Assembly: GCA_043803945.1 (NCBI GenBank)
Contig: JAZDJN010000016.1
Coordinates: 128,001 to 192,000, forward strand
Direction of reading: 5' to 3'
DNA from: a bacterium
GTDB taxonomy: Bacteria; Bacteroidota; Ignavibacteria; UBA10030
Length of the DNA: 64,000 nucleotides
The notes beneath the pieces were generated by a model. It did no database searches. It worked only from the letters and a program-made list of their open reading frames with translations, and was not told where the DNA came from. Shown here piece by piece: positions 8,359 to 19,332 of the stretch. The position numbers were made by a program, and so were the translations under genes. The first letter of the stretch is position 1, and each line of letters starts with the position of its first letter.

Positions 8359-9813
8359 ATGCCGCTACCGAATCAACCTCCGGGACCGGGTCAGCCACCG
8401 CAGCGTCCATCAGGACAACCGGCAGGTGGAGCGCAGCCACAACAGCGGCCGTCTGGCCAACCGGCTGCTGGTCCACAACGCCCAACTCCCGGGACACCAA
8501 TTCCGCCACGACCAGCAGGCCAACCGGGCACTGGCACGCCCGGACAACAGCGCCTTCCTGGTCAACCAGGCCAGTCAGCTCCCCGTGTACAACTCGAGCA
8601 ACTCGATGTCCAAACACTATCGAAGGAAAAGATACGGGACCTGTTCAGATCCGGAAATCTTCCCACAGCCGAGCAAATTGTTGATGAACTCATCTGGCGT
8701 GCGACAAAAATCGGGGCCAACGACATTCATTTCGAATCACTGGAGGGGCAGCTCAGAATCCGAATAGGGCATGAAGGAGTTTTAAAACGAATCGTTTCCC
8801 TCCCACCCGACCTGACAGAAAATATTCTGAGCATATTGAAAACCAAGACCTCTTTAAATCAATTCGAAAAGAGAAAACCTCAGGAAGGGAGATATTCGGC
8901 GTCGTACCATGGCGACCAGTATGATTTTCGTATTAGCACCATTCCTGTTCTGAATGGTGAACGAGCATTACTTCGGATCTTAAAAAAAACCACTCAGGTA
9001 CAGCAACTTGAGGAGTTGGGATTTACCGATGTCATCCTGGAGAGAATTCGAACACTCCTCCGGCAACCGAAGGGATTACTACTCGTGACCGGTCCTTCCG
9101 GGAGCGGCAAGACCACCACGGTATACGCTGCGACTAATGCCGTTGAGACTCCGGAAAAATGCATCATCACGGTGGAAGATCCTGTTGAGTATCGCCTTCC
9201 ATTTGCCAGTCAGGTGCAGCTACCTGCGGATAAATCATTCAACTTCGTCGATGCATTACGGGCAATTCTCCGCCAGAATCCTAATGCAATTCTGATTGGA
9301 GAAATTCGCGATGCAGAGACCGGAACCGTTGCAGCGGAAGCAGCAGTGACCGGAAATCTGGTCCTGAGCACAATGCTAGCCGATAACTCCATCGGTTCGA
9401 TACATCGCCTTCTCAATATCGGCCTGAAACCCTATTGGCTCTCTGCTACACTCGTCGGAGTGATCTATCAGCAATTGATGCGGAAAGTTTGCACATCATG
9501 CAAGGAAGAATACAAACCCTCGGATGTCGAGGTCGAGCTGATCTCACCATTTTTACCCAAGAGCGATTTGAATTTTTCGTTCGGAAGAGGTTGTCAGGAT
9601 TGTGGTAATAGCGGCTACCTTGGAAGAACAGCCATATGCGAGATTATCAGCGCTACTGATAGATTGAGAGATTTGATCCTCAAACAGAGTACTATTTTGG
9701 AAATGCATGACGAAGCGCTAAAAAATGGCTTTGAGGATATTCGATTTGATGCAGCACGGAAGGTGGCGGCTGGTATTTCAACGATCTCCGAGTTTATCCG
9801 CGTGCTGGGCTAA
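8359..9813 (+). CDS. GspE/PilB-family secretion ATPase with a Pro/Gln/Gly-rich N-terminus
   Basis: DIHFE, PQEGR, FRIST, Walker A GPSGSGKTT, Asp box TVEDPVE, Walker B ILIGEIRD, CxxC...CxxC zinc motif, GYLGR. Confidence 0.9.
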   Translation: MPLPNQPPGPGQPPQRPSGQPAGGAQPQQRPSGQPAAGPQRPTPGTPIPPRPAGQPGTGTPGQQRLPGQPGQSAPRVQLEQLDVQTLSKEKIRDLFRSGNLPTAEQIVDELIWRATKIGANDIHFESLEGQLRIRIGHEGVLKRIVSLPPDLTENILSILKTKTSLNQFEKRKPQEGRYSASYHGDQYDFRISTIPVLNGERALLRILKKTTQVQQLEELGFTDVILERIRTLLRQPKGLLLVTGPSGSGKTTTVYAATNAVETPEKCIITVEDPVEYRLPFASQVQLPADKSFNFVDALRAILRQNPNAILIGEIRDAETGTVAAEAAVTGNLVLSTMLADNSIGSIHRLLNIGLKPYWLSATLVGVIYQQLMRKVCTSCKEEYKPSDVEVELISPFLPKSDLNFSFGRGCQDCGNSGYLGRTAICEIISATDRLRDLILKQSTILEMHDEALKNGFEDIRFDAARKVAAGISTISEFIRVLG

Positions 9814-9818
9814 AAGAA

Positions 9819-10904
9819 TTATTCAGGCTGAAAGCGATCGATCTCTTCAAGAACGGTCTGAACGATTTCTTCTTCTTTCACTCGCTTAATCATCTCCCCT
9901 TTCCGGTAGAGTATTGCCACTCCTTTTCCTGCGGCAATACCGATATCAGCCTCACTGGCTTCGCCCGGTCCATTCACTACACAACCGAGCACTGCAATCT
10001 TTACCGGCTTCTTGACTCCGGCTAACTTTTCCTCCAGTTGTTTCATCACGCCAAAGAGATCGATCTCCAGCCTTCCGCACGTCGGGCATGCAATAAGTTC
10101 GACGTTTCGTGTGGCAAGGCTCAATGACCGGAGAATTTCTTTTCCTACTTCGACTTCCTTCACAGGGTCATCTGTCAGCGATACCCGGATTGTATCGCCA
10201 ATTCCTTCGGCAAGCAATGTGCCGATACCAACGGCCGACTTAATGGTGCCCACGCGTGTCGTCCCGGCTTCAGTGACACCAAGGTGCAAGGGAATATCTG
10301 TTCGTTGAGCGACGAGACGGTAAGCTTCAATCGTCAACTTTACATCAGTTGATTTTACCGAGATGATCACATCCTTGAAATCAAATTCATCACAAATTGC
10401 CACATGCCGCATCGCACTTTCAAAGAGCGCTTCGGCGGTCGGATAGCCATGCTTTTCAAGAATGTCTTCCTCGAGCGATCCTGAATTGACTCCGATGCGA
10501 ATCGGGATCCCGCGATCCTTACATGCTGTGAGAACCTGGCGGATACGATCTTTGGAGCCAATATTTCCAGGGTTGATCCTAACCTTTGCCACACCTGCTG
10601 CAACGGCATCCAACGCAAACACATGGTTGAAATGGATATCGGCAACGATAGGGACCGGTGACTGGCTGACAATACTTTTCATTGCTTCAGCCGCCTCTTT
10701 ATCATTTACAGTGACGCGTACAATGTCGCAGCCCGCTTCAGCGGCGGCACGGATCTGGGCAACAGTTCCAGTGACATCATCGGTCTTGGTCTTCGTCATC
10801 GTTTGGACAGAAATCGGTGAATCTCCGCCAATCTTAACTCCACCAACATTCACCGACCTTGTTTTACGGCGAATCCCAACTTTATATGTTTGATGCTCCA
10901 TCAT
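9819..10904 (-). CDS. ispG: HMB-PP synthase (MEP pathway)
   Basis: ADIHF, RINPGNIG, RIGVNSGSL, LHLGVTEAG, CPTCGR, GCVVNGPGE. Confidence 0.97.
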   Translation of the reverse strand: MMEHQTYKVGIRRKTRSVNVGGVKIGGDSPISVQTMTKTKTDDVTGTVAQIRAAAEAGCDIVRVTVNDKEAAEAMKSIVSQSPVPIVADIHFNHVFALDAVAAGVAKVRINPGNIGSKDRIRQVLTACKDRGIPIRIGVNSGSLEEDILEKHGYPTAEALFESAMRHVAICDEFDFKDVIISVKSTDVKLTIEAYRLVAQRTDIPLHLGVTEAGTTRVGTIKSAVGIGTLLAEGIGDTIRVSLTDDPVKEVEVGKEILRSLSLATRNVELIACPTCGRLEIDLFGVMKQLEEKLAGVKKPVKIAVLGCVVNGPGEASEADIGIAAGKGVAILYRKGEMIKRVKEEEIVQTVLEEIDRFQPE

Positions 10905-10959
10905 TTCTCAAATTCGATTCTGCGTTAAATCGGTAAACGCTGAGGTTCGCTCCCGCAGA

Positions 10960-11895
10960 TTAATTTATTTTTTTACTCACCTCAAAAAGGGTTTTCTTTT
11001 CCTCCTCTGACAGGCTTTGATATCCACCCTGGCTAATCTTATCCAGAATCTGATCGATTTGTTTCTGGGTGATCAGATCAGGTGATTTCTTGGGGGCATC
11101 GTTAATATCGAATACCGGTGTGTCGATAACTTGATCTTCCTGGTCTGAAGATTGCTTCACCGATTTTGAATTTATCCACCACCGCGCACGAGCGATGAGG
11201 TGTTCAAGTGGCAGACGCCTGCTATCGTAGAGGAAGTAGATATATCCGGACAGAGCGCCTCCCAGATGCGCCAGATTTGCTACCTGACTGTCGCTCCCGA
11301 CGGAAAGAACTCCAAGCACAATCAGTCCCATGACAAAGTATTTCACCTTGACCGGTACGAAAAAATAAAACAGGATATAGCGATCAGGGAATAACATGGC
11401 AAACGCTACCAGAACACCATAGACCGCACCCGAAGCTCCGATCGTGGGAATCGGATTCCCCATCGCTCCTGTCACCGATTGCGGGTCGATGAGGGGTGTC
11501 ACCAGGAGCTGCGTCAATCCGGCAACAATGCCACAGATAATGTAGAAGAAGAAAAATTTACGAGATCCCCAAACATGCTCCACCTCCATTCCAAACATCC
11601 AGAGGCCGAAGAACATATTATAGAGCAGGTGCCAGATATCTGCATGGAGGAATTGATAGGTAATGAGCTGCCAAGGGTAAAAATATCCGCTCCCTAACGG
11701 CATTAACCCAAGGTAATAATTGATGTAGAAGTTCAGCGGGACTTGTTGAATAGTGAACATCTTTGCAAACAGACCAAGGACGACAAAGATCCCGGCGTTC
11801 GCGATGAGAAGCCATTTGATGACAGGAGGAAAGAATTGGAATCCGCCCTGCATGGAAGGCCGATAGTAATTACCCTGATTTGAATTATAGGACAT
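10960..11895 (-). CDS. Rhomboid intramembrane serine protease with a DUF6576-like C-terminus
   Basis: WQLITYQFLH, catalytic GASG and AHLGG; tail IDQILDKISQGGYQSLSEEEK. Confidence 0.9.
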   Translation of the reverse strand: MSYNSNQGNYYRPSMQGGFQFFPPVIKWLLIANAGIFVVLGLFAKMFTIQQVPLNFYINYYLGLMPLGSGYFYPWQLITYQFLHADIWHLLYNMFFGLWMFGMEVEHVWGSRKFFFFYIICGIVAGLTQLLVTPLIDPQSVTGAMGNPIPTIGASGAVYGVLVAFAMLFPDRYILFYFFVPVKVKYFVMGLIVLGVLSVGSDSQVANLAHLGGALSGYIYFLYDSRRLPLEHLIARARWWINSKSVKQSSDQEDQVIDTPVFDINDAPKKSPDLITQKQIDQILDKISQGGYQSLSEEEKKTLFEVSKKIN

Positions 11896-11984
11896 GAGAC
11901 CGTATCGTTAGAATAATGATATTGAGTATTGAAAGCCGATGATTAGTTTGCGAAGTTTTAGAGCAAGCCGTTGTCAGAACAGAT

Positions 11985-12024
11985 GATGGGCTACTGGATT
12001 CGATGATCAAACCGATAGCCCATC
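11985..12024 (-). terminator. Stem-loop downstream of pgk (possible terminator or stabiliser)
   Basis: GATGGGCTA (11985-11993) pairs with TAGCCCATC (12016-12024). No good U-tract. Confidence 0.4.
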
Positions 12025-12031
12025 TTCTCAA

Positions 12032-13297
12032 TTACTTCTCATTTAATGCAGCGACCCCGGGGAGCACTTTTCCTTCGAGGTACTCGAGAGAGGCTCCACC
12101 CCCCGTAGAGACATGGGACACGGATTTCTCAAGTCCTGCCTGTGCGATCGCGGAAGCAGAATCGCCGCCACCGACGACCGTTATGGCGCCAAGGGTTGTT
12201 GCTTCTGCAAGAGCTTGTGCGATGGCCGTTGTACCTTTAGCGAAGTTCGGCATCTCAAAAACACCCATCGGTCCATTCCAGACAATTGTCTTACCTTTTT
12301 TAATCTCGCCGCAAAACAGAGCGATCGTTTCAGGGCCAATATCCACACCGGCCCATCCTTCCGGGATCGCGTTGATTGCTACAATTTTTGTTACCGCTTC
12401 ATTATCAAATTTATCGGCAATCAGACAATCGACCGGCAGAAGCAATTTCACATTCTTTGCTTTCGCCTCATCGAGAATCTGCTTTGCCAGATCAATCTTG
12501 TCTTCTTCTAACAACGATTTTCCGATTTCCATTCCCTGCGCTTTGAAGAAGGTAAACATCATACCACCGCCAATGAGCAGCGCATCAACTTTCGCCATGA
12601 GATTCTGGATCACATCAATTTTCCCCGAAATCTTTGCTCCTCCCAGCACTGCCACATAGGGCTTTGCCGGAGTCTCCGTTGCTTTATCGAGATAGGCAAT
12701 CTCTTTCTCCATCAAGAATCCTGCAACTGCCGGCAGGAAATGTGCGAGAGTCTCGGTGGAAGCATGGGCACGATGTGCCGTTCCGAATGCATCGTTGACA
12801 TAGACATCGCCATAGGCAGCGAGTTCCTTCGCCATCGTTTCACGATCGACCGCTTCCTTTCCTGTCTCTTCTTTATGGAATCTTGTGTTCTCCAGCATGA
12901 GAATCTCGCCATGCTGCAGGCCATCAACCATCGCCTTGGTCTCAGCCCCAATGGCTGCCGGGGCAAGCTTCACCGGTTTGTTGAGCAGCGCCGAGAGCCT
13001 CTCGACAATCGGTTTCATTTTATGTTTGCCTTCGATGTACTTTGCTTCATCAAACGGCTTTCCATCCTTTTCCGCTTTTTCCTTTGCTTTCTTTGCATCC
13101 TTCTTCGGATCGCCGAGATGCGACATCAACACCAGATACGTTGGCTGCTGTTCCAATACATACGTAATGGTTGGCAGCGCTGCGCGTATGCGGATGTCAT
13201 CCTGTATCACTCCGTTTTTTAATGGGACATTAAAGTCAACGCGCATGACAACACGCTTTCCTCTCAAGTCGATATCTTTTACCGTTTTCTTATTCAC
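12032..13297 (-). CDS. pgk: Phosphoglycerate kinase
   Basis: RVDFNVP, SHLG, LENTRF, NDAFGTAHRAHAS, GGAKISGK, WNGPMGVFE, GGGDS, STGGGASLE. Confidence 0.97.
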   Translation of the reverse strand: MNKKTVKDIDLRGKRVVMRVDFNVPLKNGVIQDDIRIRAALPTITYVLEQQPTYLVLMSHLGDPKKDAKKAKEKAEKDGKPFDEAKYIEGKHKMKPIVERLSALLNKPVKLAPAAIGAETKAMVDGLQHGEILMLENTRFHKEETGKEAVDRETMAKELAAYGDVYVNDAFGTAHRAHASTETLAHFLPAVAGFLMEKEIAYLDKATETPAKPYVAVLGGAKISGKIDVIQNLMAKVDALLIGGGMMFTFFKAQGMEIGKSLLEEDKIDLAKQILDEAKAKNVKLLLPVDCLIADKFDNEAVTKIVAINAIPEGWAGVDIGPETIALFCGEIKKGKTIVWNGPMGVFEMPNFAKGTTAIAQALAEATTLGAITVVGGGDSASAIAQAGLEKSVSHVSTGGGASLEYLEGKVLPGVAALNEK

Positions 13298-13403
13298 TGT
13301 TCCCTCATACTATAAAGAGAGCATCATTACGCCTCTTCCCCGGGAAAACCGGGAAGTCGAATAACGCTCTACGATTCCAAAATTTTGTCTGTCGTAAAAT
13401 ACA

Positions 13404-13452
13404 AAACCCGCGCCCATTACTTCGATCGTGTTCAGCAACGGCGCGCGGGTTT
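13404..13452 (-). terminator. Stem-loop between gap and pgk
   Basis: AAACCCGCGC (13404-13413) pairs with GCGCGGGTTT (13443-13452) just after the gap stop, followed by T-rich sequence on the minus strand. Confidence 0.5.
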
Positions 13453-13457
13453 ATGAA

Positions 13458-14537
<1,080 letters not shown>

Positions 14538-14713
14538 TCATGTTTAGGAAAGAAAAATTTGCCGTTCAATCCAATAAATTCTTTGCGAAGTTAGACAGAA
14601 ATAGAGTGAAATGCAATTATTGCTCTGGAATTTGCCATTCGTGACCAAGGCATATTGATTCTCCGCTATCTTCCTCATACTTTGGGCCTGACCTTACACT
14701 GAAAGAACAGGCA

Positions 14714-15748
14714 ATGCGACCAGACATTGAAGAACTGAAAAAGACATTACGGCGAGGGAAAGGAAGATTTGTGCCGTACATGGAACTCGGTGTGCATCCA
14801 TCCATTAAGGAGCGTTTTCTTGGGAAAAAGCTTGAAACACTTCAGGATGATGTAGAATTCTGGCACAAGGCCGGATATGACTATGTGAAGCTTCAGCCAA
14901 TTGTCGATTTCAATCCTGGCAAGATCGGCCTCTCGGATAACGTCACCTACAATGATGATGGTACTATTATTCGAAAATGGGCCTCGGAATCGAGTGGTGT
15001 CATTACTACCGTTGAGGAGTTTGAGCGTTATCTCTTTCCGCGAAAGGAAGACTTCAATTACTCCCGATTCGAAGAGATCAGATCCCTGCTTCCAGAGGGT
15101 ATGGGTGTCATTGGCCAGTATGGCGATATCTTCACGATGAATTGGGAGATGATGGGCTTCGAAACGTTTGCAGTAACCTGGTATGAGAATCCTGACCTCG
15201 TTCTGGCTCTGAACCACAAACTCGGCGAGTTAGTGTTGAGTATGTTTGAATGTTTTGCTCAGTCAGATGCCGTGGATATTATTTGGTATTCAGATGATAT
15301 TGCATACACGGAAGGATTACTCGTTTCCCCGCAACTTCTGGATGAGGTTTTTTTTCCATGGTTAAAAAAAATTGGTGATCTCGCACATCGGGCCAATAAG
15401 CCGTTCATTTATCATACTGATGGTGTGCTCTATGATGTGTTTGATAAGATTCTTGATTCCGGCGTCGATGCAATTCACCCAATTGAACCGAAGGCAATGC
15501 AGATTGCCGAAGTAAAACAGCGGTATGGGGACAAACTCTGCCTCATTGGCCACGTCGATGTCGATCTGCTCTCGCGAGGAACACCTGCAGAAGTACGAGA
15601 GAGAGTTCGTTTGAACATCGAACAAGCGGCTTTTAACGGCGGGTACTGTGCTGGATCGGGAAACAGCATTCCAGAGTATGTAAACTTTGATAACTATATC
15701 GCGATGTTGAAGGCCGCAGAGGAGTTCGGAGGTGAAGGGAAATTTTAA
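14714..15748 (+). CDS. Uroporphyrinogen-decarboxylase-like (URO-D/CIMS superfamily) protein
   Basis: MGFE...YENPDLV, SDDIAY, YHTDG, IHPIEP, GHVDVDLL..GTP.EV, GGYCAGSGNSIP. Confidence 0.8.
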   Translation: MRPDIEELKKTLRRGKGRFVPYMELGVHPSIKERFLGKKLETLQDDVEFWHKAGYDYVKLQPIVDFNPGKIGLSDNVTYNDDGTIIRKWASESSGVITTVEEFERYLFPRKEDFNYSRFEEIRSLLPEGMGVIGQYGDIFTMNWEMMGFETFAVTWYENPDLVLALNHKLGELVLSMFECFAQSDAVDIIWYSDDIAYTEGLLVSPQLLDEVFFPWLKKIGDLAHRANKPFIYHTDGVLYDVFDKILDSGVDAIHPIEPKAMQIAEVKQRYGDKLCLIGHVDVDLLSRGTPAEVRERVRLNIEQAAFNGGYCAGSGNSIPEYVNFDNYIAMLKAAEEFGGEGKF

Positions 15749-15750
15749 TT

Positions 15751-16506
15751 CTAGATGTTTGTATCCTTCTGTGCTAATGCCGCTGAGGCTGCAATAATTT
15801 TTTGCGCACCGCATGCCAGGAGTATTTTCGCACACGCTTCGATTGTTGCGCCAGTGGTAATAACATCATCGACGATGATGAACGATTTTCCTTCTACCGA
15901 ATTCACCCGATTTGACTTCAGAGAGAATGCTTCATGAACATTCTTCTTTCTCTGCTCCAGGTTTAATGTTGTCTGACTTTGCGTATCCTTCGAACGGCAG
16001 ATGAGCGTTCTCAATTGAACGATGCCTGTAATACTCGTAATCCCTTCAGCAAGGGAGTCCGATTGATTGTACCCTCGTTCACGATACTTTCTGCGATGAA
16101 GCGGTACTGCCAAGACGTAATCTGCTGTGATACGGGCATCGAGCAATGCCAGCCCGATCTGTTTTCCCAATGCCACTCCAAGAGATCGTACACCATCGTA
16201 CTTGAGCGCGTGGACAATATGTTGGAAGGCACTCTCCTTCTCAAAGACAAATACTGAAACCAGTCCATGAATACACCGGGAGGAAAGCAGCTTTTCGTTT
16301 GTATCCTGAAAGAGAAGGTGATCAGAAGAAATACGAGGGATATTTGCCCAGCAGGTCGCGCAGACCTGATGCTCACCGCGTGTAAGCAATCCTGCACAAG
16401 AGCGGCAAACCGGGGGATAGAGATAATCAAGCCACAATGCGCCGAATTCACGGACAGCGTGATTCGTACTCCTCATAATCCCGGTGAACGAAATCATCGT
16501 GAGCAC
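15751..16506 (-). CDS. ComF-family phosphoribosyltransferase-like protein
   Basis: N-terminal CxxC...CxxC, LKY, VPLH..K..ERGYNQS, VDDVITTGAT. Start may be 16476. Confidence 0.9.
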   Translation of the reverse strand: MLTMISFTGIMRSTNHAVREFGALWLDYLYPPVCRSCAGLLTRGEHQVCATCWANIPRISSDHLLFQDTNEKLLSSRCIHGLVSVFVFEKESAFQHIVHALKYDGVRSLGVALGKQIGLALLDARITADYVLAVPLHRRKYRERGYNQSDSLAEGITSITGIVQLRTLICRSKDTQSQTTLNLEQRKKNVHEAFSLKSNRVNSVEGKSFIIVDDVITTGATIEACAKILLACGAQKIIAASAALAQKDTNI

Positions 16507-16633
16507 TCCCTGTTTTCTGACGGTGTCGCATAAAACTTACTGAATTCAGATACAAATCACCATTGGAATATTCGGAGAAAGATGATATTTTCTCCTTGAG
16601 CAAATCAATCATCATTCCAGGACATCATAGAAG

Positions 16634-17086
16634 ATGGAAGAGTACAATCCGAATAAAAAAGAATATAATCCCCAGATGCACTCAGCAGAACACATCCTGA
16701 ATCAGACGATGAATAGGATGTTCAATTGCGGGCGAGCGGTAAGTGCTCATATCGAGAAGAAAAAATCGAAATGTGATTATCGCTTCAATCGAAATCTGTC
16801 GCAAGAAGAAATCACGGAGGTCGAGCGAAGAGTAAACGAAGTGATCGAGACACGTGCACCGGTTAAAGAAACTTTCCTTACGCGGGAGGAAGCATCTCAG
16901 CGATTTACTCTTACCAGACTACCAGAGGATTCAGGAGACAGTATCAGGATTATCACTATCGGTGACTATGATGCCTGTCCATGCAGTGGTTTACACATCT
17001 CAAACACCAGCGAAATCGGTACGTTTAGTATTGCATCAACGGAACTAAGAGAGGGAATGCTCAGGGTACGATTTAAACTAACCTAA
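16634..17086 (+). CDS. Stand-alone AlaX-like tRNA editing domain (tRNA_SAD)
   Basis: HSAEHIL (HxxxH) and CSGLH (CxxxH) zinc ligands; IRIITIGDYDACPC. Confidence 0.8.
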   Translation: MEEYNPNKKEYNPQMHSAEHILNQTMNRMFNCGRAVSAHIEKKKSKCDYRFNRNLSQEEITEVERRVNEVIETRAPVKETFLTREEASQRFTLTRLPEDSGDSIRIITIGDYDACPCSGLHISNTSEIGTFSIASTELREGMLRVRFKLT

Positions 17087-17165
17087 CGGGCGGGATCCAT
17101 CTCGTGCCAGGTGTGATCGAATTGCTATGAGAATTGTTTTCTCCAACCGAATTATGAGGAGGGAG

Positions 17166-17298
17166 AAATTCGAATCCCCAATTCCAGATTCAGAATTCAT
17201 CAATCCCAATTTGTCAATCGGCAATCGTAATTCATCAATCTCCATTCTCCCATGCTCACACACTCCTTCTCATACACTCTTACCCTCTCACTCCCTCA
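17166..17298. repeat. Degenerate 7-nt-period then ~8-nt-period tandem repeat tract
   Basis: Twelve heptamers AAATTCG AATCCCC AATTCCA GATTCAG AATTCAT CAATCCC AATTTGT CAATCGG CAATCGT AATTCAT CAATCTC CATTCTC, then CTC-led units (CTCACACA, CTCATACA, CTCTTACC, CTCACTCC). Confidence 0.7.
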
Positions 17299-19308
17299 CT
17301 TCTTCCCTTCCAATTTCTCAATTTCATCGCGCAATTCAGCGGCGCGCTCAAACTCCAGATCTTTTGCTGCTCGCCTCATCTCAACCTTCAATTCCTCGAG
17401 CAGATCATGGCGCTGTTCCTCACTCATGTATCGGATGACCGTGTCTGAGACAGCAGCAAATTTTCCCCGGTCCTTTCGGGCCTCTCGCATCGTCTGAACG
17501 TCGGCAATGGCAGTTGCGGCAAGTACTTCGTCGACACTCTTGTAGATGGTCTTCGGTTGAATTCCATGCGCGGCATTATACTCTAATTGTTTCTCCCGTC
17601 TCCGGTTGGTTTCATCAAGCATCCGTTGCATGGAACCGGTGATCCTATCGGCATAGAGCAGTACTTTGCCATTCACATTGCGCGCCGTGCGGCCCGCCGT
17701 TTGAATCAACGATCGCTCCGATCTCAAGAATCCCTCCTTATCAGCATCGATGATCGCGACGAGCGAGACCTCGGGCAGATCGAGCCCTTCGCGGAGAAGG
17801 TTAACCCCCACAAGCACATCGAAATCTCCAAGCCGCAGATTGCGCAGGATTTCAACACGCTCGAGTGCATTGACTTCCGAATGGATATAGCGCACTTTAA
17901 TGCCAATGTTCAGCAAGTATTCCGTCAAATCCTCCGCCATGCGCTTGGTGAGGGTTGTCACAAGTATCCGTTCTTTGCGCCCTGCACGTTCCCTGATTTC
18001 GTGGATCAGATCGTCAATCTGATGTTTGCTCGGTTTTACTTCCACCGCCGGATCAACGAGCCCCGTTGGGCGGATGACTTGCTCGACAAAAATACCCTTG
18101 CACTTTTCCAACTCATAATCGCCCGGCGTTGCACTGACAAAAATGATTTGCCCTACTTTCTTCTCCCATTCGTCAAACGTTAAGGGACGGTTATCAAGGG
18201 CCGAAGGAAGGCGAAAGCCGTATTGGACAAGTGTTTCCTTTCGCGATCGATCGCCATGCCACATCCCGCGAATCTGTGAAACCGTCACATGTGATTCATC
18301 GATGACGGTAAGGAAATCGTCCGGGAAATAATCGAGGAGACAGGACGGGCGTGAGCCGGGAGGCCTTCCTGTCAAATGCCGGGAATAGTTTTCGATGCCC
18401 GTGCAGTATCCTATCTCCCGGAGCATTTCCATATCGAACCTCGTTCGCTGCTCAAGCCGTTGGGCTTCGACAAGCTTACCGAGATTTCTCAGTTCGGAGA
18501 GCCGTTCCATAAGCTCTTGCCTGACACTGACGAGTGCGCGATCAATACTGGGCCTGGTGGTAATAAACTGCTTCGCAGGATAGATGACTTCAAATTCTGT
18601 TTCGCCGATGATCGCTCCGCTTACCTTGTGGATATAGGAGAGCCGTTCAATCTCATCGCCAAAAAATTCAATGCGGACCGCTTCTTCATTTTCATATCCC
18701 GGTATGACTTCAACGACATCGCCGCGGACACGAAAGGTACCGCGGGTAAATTCGTAGTCATTTCTGGAATAGAGCATATCGAGGAGCTTTTTCAGGATCT
18801 CATTCCGACTGACCTGCTGCCCTTTTCGGAGTGCAAGAGTCTGGGAAAGCCACTCCTCGGGAGCACCGATGCCATAGATGCTGCTTACGGAAGCAACGAC
18901 AATAACATTGGTGTCTCCACTCAACAAGGCACTTGTCGCACGCAGGCGAAGCCGGTCGATCTCCTCATTGACCGAGGAATCTTTTGCAATATACGTATCA
19001 GTCGTTGGTACATAGGCTTCGGGTTGGTAATAATCATAATAGCTGATGAAGAATTCCACCCGGTTCTTCGGAAAGAATCCTTTGAACTCAGCATAGAGCT
19101 GTGCGGCCAGCGTTTTATTATGTGACATCACGAGCACCGGTTTGTCGAGGTGCTGGATGACGTTGGAAACGGTGAAGGTCTTTCCGCTTCCTGTAACTCC
19201 AAGGAGAGTCTGATAGCGGTCGCCGCGTGAAAGACCTTCGAGCAGTTGACGGATCGCCTCGGGCTGGTCACCCTCGGGGCGATACTCAGAAACAAGCTGG
19301 TAGGGCAT
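17296..19308 (-). CDS. uvrB: Excinuclease ABC subunit B
   Basis: [41 protein letters not shown]-terminal UVR coil FERAAELRD. Confidence 0.98.
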   Translation of the reverse strand: MPYQLVSEYRPEGDQPEAIRQLLEGLSRGDRYQTLLGVTGSGKTFTVSNVIQHLDKPVLVMSHNKTLAAQLYAEFKGFFPKNRVEFFISYYDYYQPEAYVPTTDTYIAKDSSVNEEIDRLRLRATSALLSGDTNVIVVASVSSIYGIGAPEEWLSQTLALRKGQQVSRNEILKKLLDMLYSRNDYEFTRGTFRVRGDVVEVIPGYENEEAVRIEFFGDEIERLSYIHKVSGAIIGETEFEVIYPAKQFITTRPSIDRALVSVRQELMERLSELRNLGKLVEAQRLEQRTRFDMEMLREIGYCTGIENYSRHLTGRPPGSRPSCLLDYFPDDFLTVIDESHVTVSQIRGMWHGDRSRKETLVQYGFRLPSALDNRPLTFDEWEKKVGQIIFVSATPGDYELEKCKGIFVEQVIRPTGLVDPAVEVKPSKHQIDDLIHEIRERAGRKERILVTTLTKRMAEDLTEYLLNIGIKVRYIHSEVNALERVEILRNLRLGDFDVLVGVNLLREGLDLPEVSLVAIIDADKEGFLRSERSLIQTAGRTARNVNGKVLLYADRITGSMQRMLDETNRRREKQLEYNAAHGIQPKTIYKSVDEVLAATAIADVQTMREARKDRGKFAAVSDTVIRYMSEEQRHDLLEELKVEMRRAAKDLEFERAAELRDEIEKLEGKK

Positions 19309-19332
19309 GAAATTCCGCTTGTGTGGGACGGA

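Noticed and set aside
17587-19125. Long antisense ORFs (198 and 249 aa) within uvrB, and similar ones within valS, nrdJ and pgk
   Set aside because: Typical shadow ORFs opposite conserved genes, with no motifs or RBS.
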